Shown: positions 35,876 to 45,389, numbered from the stretch's first letter. The stretch: 64,000 nt of DNA from a virus (IMGVR_UViG_3300036652_000269:1-64000), one strand, 5' to 3'. The notes: generated from the letters alone by a model not told the origin. Made by a program: numbers and translations.

Positions 35876-37987
35876 TCAATGGCCCGAAGCGGCCCGAAGG
35901 ACCGCAGCGGTGTGTTGGTCGAGACTGCCTGTCACTGGTAATCCTGCTTCCCGCTGAACTGTCGAAATGCCAGCTTGCCCTTCCGGCAACCCAAGGTTCT
36001 GCATCGCCTGGTGTGCCTGCGCCACTTGTGCAGGAGACAGTTGTACAGCCGCGGGCTTGGTGGTTCCGGCTGGCTTCTGGCCACCCGTGGTGTAGGTGAA
36101 CTTCCCGCCGACCCGTGGGTGCTTGGACGGGTCCCAACCTGCTCCGCTGGGGCCGGTGTTGCTGGCGTTCGGGTCAGCGTGGTTGGGATCGCCACCCGGC
36201 TGCTTGGCTAGTTCTGCCTGCGCTTGGTTGAAGGCGGTCGTGGGGTCGGACGATGCCAACGCAGTGCTACCTGTCTTCCCGACACCCTTGCCCTTACCGG
36301 TAGCCGTCTTCTTGGGGGCCGCAGTCCTACGGCTGCCACTGCTGCCACCACGGGCCGCTGCTCGGTGGGTACCACCGTGCCCGGCATGGGACGACGACCC
36401 CTTGGGCGGGGCTACTGCTGCCGGTGCCTTGCTACCCGACCACGCCTTGCTGTCTTTCTGAACGAAGTCACGCACGCCTACTACCTCGTCACGCCCCACC
36501 TTGTCCTTGGCCCAGTCCACGTGGTCGTCGCACACCGGAACCTGGGCCATCCCTTCTGCCCAGAGCACACCTTTGGTCGCGGGCTTTGAACAGTCGGGGT
36601 TCTTGCAGTGGTAGGTCTTGGTGGCGATGTAGTCAGCACGCTGCATCACGTAGGACTTGATGTCTGCGTAGTCACGAACGACTTTCCGTTCGATACCCGG
36701 TTCGAACGACTTGCCTCCCGCACGCTGGTTCAACTTGCGCATGACGGCATCACGGGATGCACCTTCGTGCAACACGTAGTCATGCTGGTCGGTGGCCACC
36801 CACTTGTTCGGGGTTTCCGCACCCACGTAGTAGACGTTGTTGTCCGCCCCCTTGTACTTCTCGAAGTTGTCGTATTCCGACCGCAGCTTGTTCAGGTTTT
36901 CGTACGTACCCGCTGGCTTCTTGGCACCGACACGCACCGTCCGTTCCTTCGCACGTTGCAATGCAGCCTGGCGTGCCTCATCACGACGGGCAGCAGCAGC
37001 TGTCCGTTCGACAACCGGGGGTTTGTGGTTCGCCTGCCGGTCGGCATCGGCAGCGTTTGCTGCATCACGCCGTGCACGTTGCTTCGCAATCTCAACAGCA
37101 GCGCGCATCTTTTCGGACGCCGACGTGTCCACCGAAAGGTTTGGCACGCCGTAATACTGCCGCTGTTCATTCCACAACGTCGGTGTCATGTCATGCAGGT
37201 GTTGTTCAGCTTCCGCTACCTTGCCCTGAGACATCGCGTGGACGGCAGCTTCGATGTGCTTCTGTACTTCGGGGTGTTTGATAGCCGGAGTCTTTTCATG
37301 GTGTTGCAGACCCGCAACCAAACTATTGGCGACGCTTTCATCGTCTTCGAAGTACCCATCATGGATGATGTGCTTGTCCCCGTTGAGCGCAGTGAACTCG
37401 TACTTGGTGTGCTGCGCTGGGTTAGACACCGTTGTGATGGTCGATCCGATGTCGGCACCATGGCGACGGGCACCAGCTTCGGTAGCCACCCGCCTAACGT
37501 GTGAACCTCCGGATGCCCTACTTCCCCGTACGCCAGTGATGTGCCCCTGGGTGTAAGTGGTTCCGTGTTCGTTAGACCCGAGCATCCGACCAGACGTACC
37601 GATGGTCCATCGTCCGTGTTCATCGCGGACTTCGTTGATATTGAAGATTTTCTGTTCGACAGGTGCATCGAACGCTTTGCCCGACGTACCCTTCATTGCC
37701 TCCCACTGGGCCAGTGCGGCCTGTGCCTTAGCCACCGTGTCGGGGTGCACCTTGTCACCACCACGAGCCCACCGCTTGATGGCACCGATGGCCAGTTCGA
37801 TGGCGTTGCTTTCGTCCGCGTGCCCGGTCCGGATCAGGGCATGGGCTATCTCCCTGACATACGGGGGCAGGCCACCACGGCGGGTGACCCAGTTGTCCCC
37901 CGTGCCCAGGGGTGACGTGTCATGGGGACCGCCAACCACCTTGAACTCTGCGAGAAGTTCTAGCTCGTTGTCAGTCAGCATGTTCAA
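35876..37987 (-). CDS. multi-domain head-associated protein (helical N-domain, RDEHGRW motif, Zn finger, C-terminal PG-binding-like domain)
   Basis: 703 aa ORF; CKNPDC...VCDDH; VQREAGLPVTGSLD. Confidence 0.7.
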   Translation of the reverse strand: MNMLTDNELELLAEFKVVGGPHDTSPLGTGDNWVTRRGGLPPYVREIAHALIRTGHADESNAIELAIGAIKRWARGGDKVHPDTVAKAQAALAQWEAMKGTSGKAFDAPVEQKIFNINEVRDEHGRWTIGTSGRMLGSNEHGTTYTQGHITGVRGSRASGGSHVRRVATEAGARRHGADIGSTITTVSNPAQHTKYEFTALNGDKHIIHDGYFEDDESVANSLVAGLQHHEKTPAIKHPEVQKHIEAAVHAMSQGKVAEAEQHLHDMTPTLWNEQRQYYGVPNLSVDTSASEKMRAAVEIAKQRARRDAANAADADRQANHKPPVVERTAAAARRDEARQAALQRAKERTVRVGAKKPAGTYENLNKLRSEYDNFEKYKGADNNVYYVGAETPNKWVATDQHDYVLHEGASRDAVMRKLNQRAGGKSFEPGIERKVVRDYADIKSYVMQRADYIATKTYHCKNPDCSKPATKGVLWAEGMAQVPVCDDHVDWAKDKVGRDEVVGVRDFVQKDSKAWSGSKAPAAVAPPKGSSSHAGHGGTHRAAARGGSSGSRRTAAPKKTATGKGKGVGKTGSTALASSDPTTAFNQAQAELAKQPGGDPNHADPNASNTGPSGAGWDPSKHPRVGGKFTYTTGGQKPAGTTKPAAVQLSPAQVAQAHQAMQNLGLPEGQAGISTVQREAGLPVTGSLDQHTAAVLRAASGH

Positions 37988-38238
37988 CCAACCTTCATGG
38001 GCGTGATGGTGTCAGGTTCGACTTGACGGCTCTTGCCTGTTGGCGTCGTCACCCAGTATTGCGTGTAAGCGCCGAACGGGGTGTCAACATGTGAAGTCGT
38101 CAACGTGCCGAGGATGCCAAGCTCATCACCCAGCGGTTCGTCCGGCCCATCTGGTGCATAGACAGCGCCCGGTACATCGTGGCGTCCATCGAAGTTGTAC
38201 AGCTTGGCCCGCACCATCGTGCCGTCGTCGGGAATCAT
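37984..38238 (-). CDS. hypothetical protein
   Basis: 84 aa; GAGG RBS; coupled to its neighbours. Confidence 0.65.
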   Translation of the reverse strand: MIPDDGTMVRAKLYNFDGRHDVPGAVYAPDGPDEPLGDELGILGTLTTSHVDTPFGAYTQYWVTTPTGKSRQVEPDTITPMKVG

Positions 38239-38240
38239 GG

Positions 38241-40067
38241 TTACCTCTTCTGGGGTGGGCCCATGATGCCGGGTGGCACGGGCTTCGGGAACGCTACACG
38301 TTGGCTGGCAGTGGCACCTCGTTCAGTACCACGCTTTGGCTTTGTCTTCAAGACAGACGCGATAAAAGCAGGCGTATACCACGCTGGCTTGGCCGCCTTC
38401 AGTCCTGTGCCTTCGTGCATCGGCTTGTCAGAACGAAGTTTGTTGCACCCAGAACACGCCGGGACGATGTTGTTGGTTCGGTACTTGCCACCCAGGTTGG
38501 TGGTGATGATCTTGTCTTGCTCAAACATCGGTAACTTGCCCTTGTTGTGCCACGACATCTTGCACCCGCAATAGACACAGGGCACGTAACCCTTGTCCTT
38601 GCCCTTGGCGTCCACCCCACCGAACTCGACATAGACCGCCCAGTTGCGATTGTCCCGGTCCAGGTTGTTTCCACGCAGGTTGCGGAAGGCTTCACCGCCA
38701 GCAGCGATTCGTGCCTTGTTGTCAGCTATCTCGATAGGCGTCGGCTGCGGGATAGCTTTGGCCTTGGCAATAGCTTGCTTCTGCGCTCGCTTCAGTTCGG
38801 CGTTGGACACATGTTCGTGCACCACGTCCTTTTCGCTGCGGTGTACCCCAGTGCCTGTCGTTTCGATATGCGTGTACTTGGTCTTGCCCAATGCAGATCG
38901 AGCGGCCCCAAACGCCGACCACCTACCATGGTCATCGCGTAGTTCGGCAGGATCGAACTTCTTACCTTCTTGTGTTTCGACAATCGGACCGTGGTAGCCG
39001 TACTCACTGATGGAGTTGCCATCGGTGTACAGATGCTTGGCCTTGACTGTCGCACTGATAACCGGCAGGTCTTTTTCCGGGTCAGTGGGGTGCAGCCCGT
39101 GTTGCCGGGCGTAGGCAGGGTGTACAGCAACCCAGTCACCAGGGTTGATCTGTCGGACTCCATGCGGGACGGACCGATAGATGGTGACATCGGCTTCCGG
39201 GTTGCCACGAACCTGTTGTGCTACCTGCATCCCGTACGGGTCGTGTGCCTCGTCGTGGATGTAGAAATGCGGGTTGGTATAGACGTCGTCTGGATAGACG
39301 CCGTTCTGCGTCAGGTCATGGATCGGGGCATCGTTCTTGTTCGGTGCTGTATGTAGCCCCCGATAGTCGGTGGTTTCCTGCTTCAGTACCTCGTACGCCT
39401 TGCGATACGGGTCCAGTGACGGATCGTTGTCGCCTTCGATCCATTGATATTCCGACATGGGGTCACTGGACTGCTTCATGTAGTCGTAAGCCGAGTGCCA
39501 TGGTTCGTGGATGGCCACGATCTGGCTGGGCTTCACGTCGCCTTTCATGATGACATGGTGGTGACCCTGTTGCCACTCATCCAACAACTGGTTACCGGCC
39601 AATGACGACTGCGGGTGTTCGGCCCGCTGGCTGATTTCGTCAGGGTGGGCGTGGAACTCGACTACCGCACGCTTGGCGTGGGCATCCATTTTGGGCATGT
39701 ATGAAGATGCCCAGACACCTGCTGACGGTTCGTTCCCTGCCCCTAGACCACCATCACCATGAGCATGGCTTTCCAACAACCCATGTTGCCTTATCGAATC
39801 GACATTTTCGGTAGACGTGTAGTGGAACAGCCTGACGTGCCCTGCCGGGATCGCAGCCCACCGGCCATGCAGGCCACGGGCTTCGGCAGGGTCGAAAACC
39901 TTGGCCTCTAGACGGGCTGTACGGCCCGCTGCCGGGTCAATGGGCTGCCAGACGGGTGCTGGCCCAGCCAGCCCACCCAAAGCCTTCAGAAAGACGTTCA
40001 GCGCAGCTTTGACCTGGACCTCCTGGGCACGAGCCCTGATCCGGTCGCTGATGATCACTTGACCCAC
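38241..40067 (-). CDS. multi-domain protein: two ADP-ribosyltransferase-like domains plus a C-terminal HNH-like nuclease
   Basis: LFHYTS...SIRQHGL..GVWAS; TIYRSVP..INPGDWV..YARQH..EYGY; CVYCG...GGKY..NNIVPACSGCN. Confidence 0.7.
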   Translation of the reverse strand: MGQVIISDRIRARAQEVQVKAALNVFLKALGGLAGPAPVWQPIDPAAGRTARLEAKVFDPAEARGLHGRWAAIPAGHVRLFHYTSTENVDSIRQHGLLESHAHGDGGLGAGNEPSAGVWASSYMPKMDAHAKRAVVEFHAHPDEISQRAEHPQSSLAGNQLLDEWQQGHHHVIMKGDVKPSQIVAIHEPWHSAYDYMKQSSDPMSEYQWIEGDNDPSLDPYRKAYEVLKQETTDYRGLHTAPNKNDAPIHDLTQNGVYPDDVYTNPHFYIHDEAHDPYGMQVAQQVRGNPEADVTIYRSVPHGVRQINPGDWVAVHPAYARQHGLHPTDPEKDLPVISATVKAKHLYTDGNSISEYGYHGPIVETQEGKKFDPAELRDDHGRWSAFGAARSALGKTKYTHIETTGTGVHRSEKDVVHEHVSNAELKRAQKQAIAKAKAIPQPTPIEIADNKARIAAGGEAFRNLRGNNLDRDNRNWAVYVEFGGVDAKGKDKGYVPCVYCGCKMSWHNKGKLPMFEQDKIITTNLGGKYRTNNIVPACSGCNKLRSDKPMHEGTGLKAAKPAWYTPAFIASVLKTKPKRGTERGATASQRVAFPKPVPPGIMGPPQKR

Positions 40068-42457
40068 CGTCCGTCGTTTCGCAGGTATCGAAGTTCCAGT
40101 TGCCGGTACGTGTGGTCAGGAAGGATGTCGAAGTATAAAACCATCGGCACCACGAAGGGGAACTTCCCCGCGATGTCGGCTTCGGTAGCACCCACGAGTA
40201 CAAGCAGCTTGGTTCGTGTGTCGATGGTACCGGCAGCACCAGCTTCGGTTGCGGACCCGATGGTGATGCTGACGCTGCGGGTCAACACTCCCGCTGTCCC
40301 GGTTTCTGTCACTGTGCCAAACGTGGGCAGCAGCTTCGTCCGGGATAGCGTCTGGGCAGCACCTGTCTCAGTGACAGTTCCCAGGGTCAATGTCTTGGAC
40401 TGACCGAACGATCCCGCCTGCCCCGATTCCACGACGCCGGTCAATATCAGGGTCTTGGCCCGCTGCCCCAGGGCGTGGGCGACATCTGCCTCGGTGGCGA
40501 CACTGAAGCTAGCCAACTTGCTTCGTGACAAGGTGCCGGTTGCATCGGCTTCACTGGTACCGGTGAAACTAAGTTTCTTGGCCCGTGTCAGACCTCCGGC
40601 GATGCCGGACTCGGTAGCTGTACCAATGACAAGCGATCCGGTCAGTACAAACGTGCCGGTGGTGTCTACTTCCGATGCAGTCCCCAGGGTCAACGCTGCC
40701 CGTCCGACGACAAGACTTCCGGCAGTGTCTGTCTCGCTGGCAGTCCCGATGCCTAAGGTCTTCGTCCGGACGAACGTGCCTGCTGTTTCGACATCGTTGT
40801 CCGTGGCAAGTGTCAGTGCCTTGCTGCGAGTTGTGAAGGCCATCGCGGCACCTGCTTCGGTAGCAGTACCGAAACCAGCCGACTTCGCACGGATGAACGT
40901 TCCTGTCGTGCCCAGGTTGCTGACCGTACCCAGGGTCAACGACTTCGAGTGCGTGAAGGCACCGGTCGTACCGATGTTGGTGACAGTGGCCAGCCCGATT
41001 GTCTTCGCACGACTAAAGGTGCCAGCAATACCGGTGTTGGTGGCCGTCCCCAAGGTCAGTGACTTTGTGCGAGTGAAAGTGCCAGCTGTACCCGTGTTGG
41101 TGGCTGTCCCGATAGTGGTGGTGTGTGAAACGCCACCGGGCAGCGGAATGGCCCATACCGTTGCTGTGCCACCGCTAACCGTGCCGTTGAGTGTGATCGA
41201 GTTATCGGCTGGAGTGACACCGGACGGCAGCAACTTGACGTACAGCGCACCGTAGATTGCACCGTTGGCCGTTCCGGCTCCAGAAACACCAGACGCGATC
41301 TGTGCCCAGCCATCTGGCAGGGTGGTTGCGTCAGTTGCGCCAGCACCCGCGTCTATCATCATGACAAGCAAACGGTTTACGGCCGATGCTGGCAATGTCG
41401 AAATGGTGTACGCGAGTGCTGCCCCGCCACCAGAGTGCTTGAACGTCTTCGACCATGCTGTCGAAGCGTCTGCACCAGCTAGTTTCGCAGTGATCCACAA
41501 CCATGCTCGGCTAGCGGTGGTGTGTGCAGCCCAGAAGTTCGTGTTCGACGTGTCGTTTGTGCCGTTGAACAACCACGACGAAAACGTGGTTGATGTGGCT
41601 TGTTCGAAGTCGAACTCTGCCCAGTTGCCCGAGCCAGCCGATCCGTTGTAGCCCAATGTGATGCTGGAACTCGATGCACTGGCATTACCGGCACCGGCGA
41701 CTAGCACAGTGTTGCCATTCACCACCCCAGTTGGGGCAGTTAGTGTCCGGTCAGTTGCCGTCGCAGCATCGTTGGTGACGACAGGACCATCAAGCTCTGG
41801 CCAGGACCCTTGCACTAGGTTGTAGCAGAAAGCTGCGATCTGCGTGTACGTCGGGCACGTCCACATGCCTGTCGGTGAGACAGTCCCTGCGGTTGCAACA
41901 TTCGTGTGCGCCGCTTCGGACGTGTACATGGTTCCGGAAGTCTGGTTGTTGACGCCATCGTCAGTCCAGCCAGAACCACCAGCCGCAAGAGTGGGTGACG
42001 TGGACGAACGACAGGTGATCGCGTTCACCATGACGCAGTTGTCAACAGCACTAGTCGCAACCGCACCAGCAGGGGTAGCTGAGCCACCGTTATACGAATA
42101 CGTTCCGGACAGGCCTCCGTACGTGATCGGGGTCCATGTCCCCGACCATTCGGCAACCCGCCACAGCATCCCTGTGCCGGACGCGCCGACGTTGCCGAAC
42201 GTCACAGTCGTCGTAGACAGAGCGTTTTGGCACATCCACAGTTCGAACGTGTACGTGTTGACCGGCTTCCAAACCAGTTTCCATGTGTTACCCGCGTTGT
42301 CGGTCACTGTGTTGGCTGCTGAGTTGCCACCGCCCCAATGGACAGAAGCGATCAGTGTGTTGCCAGCCGTTGTTGCGGTCGCAAAAGAAACAGTCGAGTT
42401 ACCAGTGGCCCCAGACTGCTTCTTGCCTAGCGCGACCTGAACTGGGCTGTCGCTCAT
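40055..42457 (-). CDS. fiber-like virion protein: two N-terminal beta-sandwich domains plus ~16 copies of a 20-aa repeat
   Basis: Thr/Gly/Ala-rich; repeat TLGTATExxxAGTFxRxKxL. Confidence 0.7.
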   Translation of the reverse strand: MSDSPVQVALGKKQSGATGNSTVSFATATTAGNTLIASVHWGGGNSAANTVTDNAGNTWKLVWKPVNTYTFELWMCQNALSTTTVTFGNVGASGTGMLWRVAEWSGTWTPITYGGLSGTYSYNGGSATPAGAVATSAVDNCVMVNAITCRSSTSPTLAAGGSGWTDDGVNNQTSGTMYTSEAAHTNVATAGTVSPTGMWTCPTYTQIAAFCYNLVQGSWPELDGPVVTNDAATATDRTLTAPTGVVNGNTVLVAGAGNASASSSSITLGYNGSAGSGNWAEFDFEQATSTTFSSWLFNGTNDTSNTNFWAAHTTASRAWLWITAKLAGADASTAWSKTFKHSGGGAALAYTISTLPASAVNRLLVMMIDAGAGATDATTLPDGWAQIASGVSGAGTANGAIYGALYVKLLPSGVTPADNSITLNGTVSGGTATVWAIPLPGGVSHTTTIGTATNTGTAGTFTRTKSLTLGTATNTGIAGTFSRAKTIGLATVTNIGTTGAFTHSKSLTLGTVSNLGTTGTFIRAKSAGFGTATEAGAAMAFTTRSKALTLATDNDVETAGTFVRTKTLGIGTASETDTAGSLVVGRAALTLGTASEVDTTGTFVLTGSLVIGTATESGIAGGLTRAKKLSFTGTSEADATGTLSRSKLASFSVATEADVAHALGQRAKTLILTGVVESGQAGSFGQSKTLTLGTVTETGAAQTLSRTKLLPTFGTVTETGTAGVLTRSVSITIGSATEAGAAGTIDTRTKLLVLVGATEADIAGKFPFVVPMVLYFDILPDHTYRQLELRYLRNDGRWVK

Positions 42458-42551
42458 CAGTTACCCCAGACCATGAACACACCCGTGCCTGTACGGGCTA
42501 TCAGCCTGACAGACACGGGTGTGACCTCTTTCAGAACGTCAGGGGTGCGAA

Positions 42552-43004
42552 CTACGCCGCGAAGAATCCGCCAGCCGGGCAGTTGATGGTCTGCGTGGTG
42601 CCGTCCGTGGTGAAGGGCGCATCGTGAGCGGTCAACGGGATGATGTTCGAATCGGTACCGCCCGTGGTGTCGTTGTCGTAGCAGACCAGCAGCTTCACGA
42701 CGGAGTTGTTGATCGCCCCACCCGCGTTGGTGTAAGTCAGCGGGTCGAATGTCACCTTGACAGTGTTTGCAGTGTTGTCCACCGTCACCACGACGTTCGC
42801 GGGATCGAGCCGGGTGTAGTTCGTGAAGGTGGCTTCGGTGTTGCCAGCCGCCGCAATCAGGGTGGCCAGGTCGGTGTAGTTGTTCAGCGTGTCGTCTGCC
42901 TCGGCTGCCTGAAGCAGCACGACGACCAATGCGTCGTTGGTGGCAGGTAGCCCGGCGTAATAGGCCACCTTGCCCTTGGCACCGTTGAAAACAAAGCTGC
43001 CCAT
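42552..43004 (-). CDS. virion structural protein (fiber-associated)
   Basis: 150 aa beta-rich protein adjacent to the fiber gene. Confidence 0.65.
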   Translation of the reverse strand: MGSFVFNGAKGKVAYYAGLPATNDALVVVLLQAAEADDTLNNYTDLATLIAAAGNTEATFTNYTRLDPANVVVTVDNTANTVKVTFDPLTYTNAGGAINNSVVKLLVCYDNDTTGGTDSNIIPLTAHDAPFTTDGTTQTINCPAGGFFAA

Positions 43005-43047
43005 CGGGGTCTGCTCACTTTCTCGTTTCGATAGTTGGGTCTGCTGG

Positions 43048-43512
43048 CTAGGCCGTCTGTGGCTTCAGCCATAGGTCGATACCGGGGATTGCATCGGCCG
43101 GTGGTGGTGGACTGCCCCGCCACTGGACAACTCGGGTTGGATCGTTGGTGATGCTGGCCCTGGTCGGGTAGGTGCCGTTGCTGTCCGGTACCACGGTCAC
43201 CGGCACCTGTGGTGGCAGGTCGTCCACCGTGTAGCTGGCGTTGGTTCCCGGAGCACCCTTCAAGGATGCCAGCCAGTCGTCTTCGTTGCCCTGAAAACCA
43301 CGGGCCACGGCCAGTTCGTACGGGCTGGCTCCTTGTGGGCCCTGTCCACCCGCATCACCCTTGGTACCCTTCAGCGATGCCAGGAAGTCGGCCTGGGTAC
43401 CGGTGTTCCCTGCTGCCAGCCAGAGTTCATAGGCAGACTGCCCTGGCTGACCGATCTTCAGCGGGATGACGGGGTTGGTCGGTGCCCCCGAAAAGGTGAT
43501 CTGCGTGGTCAT
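43048..43512 (-). CDS. collagen-like structural protein with SAYELW/SPYELA...G..G...[FW]LASLKG repeats
   Basis: Two repeats flanked by Gly-X-Y triplets. Confidence 0.75.
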   Translation of the reverse strand: MTTQITFSGAPTNPVIPLKIGQPGQSAYELWLAAGNTGTQADFLASLKGTKGDAGGQGPQGASPYELAVARGFQGNEDDWLASLKGAPGTNASYTVDDLPPQVPVTVVPDSNGTYPTRASITNDPTRVVQWRGSPPPPADAIPGIDLWLKPQTA

Positions 43513-43518
43513 CGTGGT

Positions 43519-43893
43519 TCACGCTTTCTTCAGGTAGACAGTGCCGAACAACAGGTCGGCGTTCCCGTCCGTGGCACTGGTGATGGCCAAGCCCCAGGAC
43601 GAACACTGCACTCCGATTGTCTGGACGACAGACTTCGGCAACTTCAGCAACACGTCACCTTCGGCCAGGCCGTCCGGATTCCCGACCGCAGACATGTCAC
43701 TGAAGTATTGCGACAGATCGAGGATGATGTCCGGTGACCCGCTGGACAGCTTGATTTTCGAAACGAAAGTGTACGGCGTCACGTCGAACGGCTGCCCGTT
43801 GACCACGATGTTCCACTTGCCCCAGAAGTCGGTGGACTCGTCCAGGTACAGGTCGAACTTCTGGGCGTCAATGATGCTGCTGTTGACGATCAC
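43519..43893 (-). CDS. structural adaptor-like protein (BppU N-terminal-like)
   Basis: GQPFDVT.YTF.SKIK...G.V.L.L; precedes the collagen-like gene. Confidence 0.55.
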   Translation of the reverse strand: MIVNSSIIDAQKFDLYLDESTDFWGKWNIVVNGQPFDVTPYTFVSKIKLSSGSPDIILDLSQYFSDMSAVGNPDGLAEGDVLLKLPKSVVQTIGVQCSSWGLAITSATDGNADLLFGTVYLKKA

Positions 43894-45389
43894 GTCAGAC
43901 TCCCTCGATGGGCACGGTCAACGGCTTCCTGCACTTCATCTTTCGACAGCTTGCGACGACGCTGGGGCTTCCCGGACAACGGGGCCACCACTATGGGGAG
44001 TTGTCCGGACGGCATCCCGGATGGGCTGATGGGTCCGCCACCGAATACGTCCTTGAAGTCGTCCCCGTCCGCACTACCACCGCCCGCACCATCGATCCAG
44101 CCGTCACTGCCGAAGCTGATGCCACCATCGGCCCCACCACTGGGTTCGAGGTCGTCACCTTCCGACGAGTAGCTGCTGTCGTTGCAGTAGGTGCCCAGCG
44201 GCTGTTCTTGTCCGCAGATCAAACAGCGAGGGTGCCCGTTCGGGTGTGTCCATGCGGCCGGGGTGAAAGCGTGCTTGCCCTTCGCCTTTGCGGTCTGCTT
44301 GTTCTTCTTGATGAGTTCGGTTTCCTCGTCCGCCGTGATCCCGGTCTGGGCGGACATCGCGGATGACAGGTCCTTGTGCCGCCTGTCTTCTTGATAACCA
44401 AGTTGGGCAATCCGCTTACGGCGTTCCTCGCGCTGGTGTTCCAGGAACTGGCCTGCCGTCATAGCCGGGGTGCCAGCGGCCCTGTAGCGGTCGCTGCGGC
44501 CCTGGGGCTTCTTGCTGGCCACTTCCATGGCACGTTCGATCTGGGCAGCCCAGCGACCACCACGGCCACGTGGCTCGGCGGGGTTGAACGACTTGTCTTC
44601 CGTCGTTTGCCCGAAAGGGATGTCCACCCGGTTCGAGCCATGTACGACCGACAGATGGCTGAAGGTCACCTGCCGAGGTTGCCACCTGTTGATCGGCTGG
44701 TCGTCGGTCGGGTCCAGGTAGGCCAAGGTCATGTGCGGGGAATAGCCGTGACTACTGACTGGCTCGTATTTTCTGTCTGTCAGAAAGGCTTGGGTGACAA
44801 CCTGTCGCAACCGTTCGACTTCCGGCGCATCGACGTTGACCACCAGCGGGTCCTGGCCACCTTCGTCAGAATCCTCACCACTGAACCGGGTGATGCCGTT
44901 CAGCTTCGCAGTGATCGGGGCGAACTGGGAAGCGACTTTCTTCCCGATATTCACCAACTCTTTCTGGGTTCCGGCCACATCGCTGCCGACCTTGCCCAGA
45001 TACAGCACCGTGCAGTGCAGGTCGTCGGGGTACAGCCCGTCCGGTAGAGCGATCTGTTGGGCATCGCCGGGACTGGGGTGCAGGGCTACCATGACGCCGG
45101 TCGAATAGTCCGGGCCAGGTGCCAGCTTCTTGGATTCCGTCTGCCAGATAGCAGCGGCTTCACGCATCAGGTCAGCGGAGAGGTTCTTGGCTTGCAGACA
45201 GTAGGCGGCAGCACCCAGCATGTCTGTCTTCATGATAGTTGCGACCTGCGACACTTTGGTCGCGTCGCTGCCGTCTGGCAGTTCGACAGGCAGCTGCTTG
45301 ATCTGGCCTGCCTCGGGACGGGCTAGGCGGTCCTGCAATGCGGCCAGCATCCCCAGCATCTTGGCCGACACACGGATCGAGCCCGGCAC
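43890..45389 (-). CDS. 2H phosphoesterase (2'-5' RNA ligase/Acb1-like) domain protein with head-module motif and Zn knuckle
   Basis: Two HxT motifs, LHCTVLYLG and PHMTLAY; KSFNPAEPRGRGGRW; HPRCLICG. Confidence 0.8.
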   Translation of the reverse strand: MPGSIRVSAKMLGMLAALQDRLARPEAGQIKQLPVELPDGSDATKVSQVATIMKTDMLGAAAYCLQAKNLSADLMREAAAIWQTESKKLAPGPDYSTGVMVALHPSPGDAQQIALPDGLYPDDLHCTVLYLGKVGSDVAGTQKELVNIGKKVASQFAPITAKLNGITRFSGEDSDEGGQDPLVVNVDAPEVERLRQVVTQAFLTDRKYEPVSSHGYSPHMTLAYLDPTDDQPINRWQPRQVTFSHLSVVHGSNRVDIPFGQTTEDKSFNPAEPRGRGGRWAAQIERAMEVASKKPQGRSDRYRAAGTPAMTAGQFLEHQREERRKRIAQLGYQEDRRHKDLSSAMSAQTGITADEETELIKKNKQTAKAKGKHAFTPAAWTHPNGHPRCLICGQEQPLGTYCNDSSYSSEGDDLEPSGGADGGISFGSDGWIDGAGGGSADGDDFKDVFGGGPISPSGMPSGQLPIVVAPLSGKPQRRRKLSKDEVQEAVDRAHRGSLT

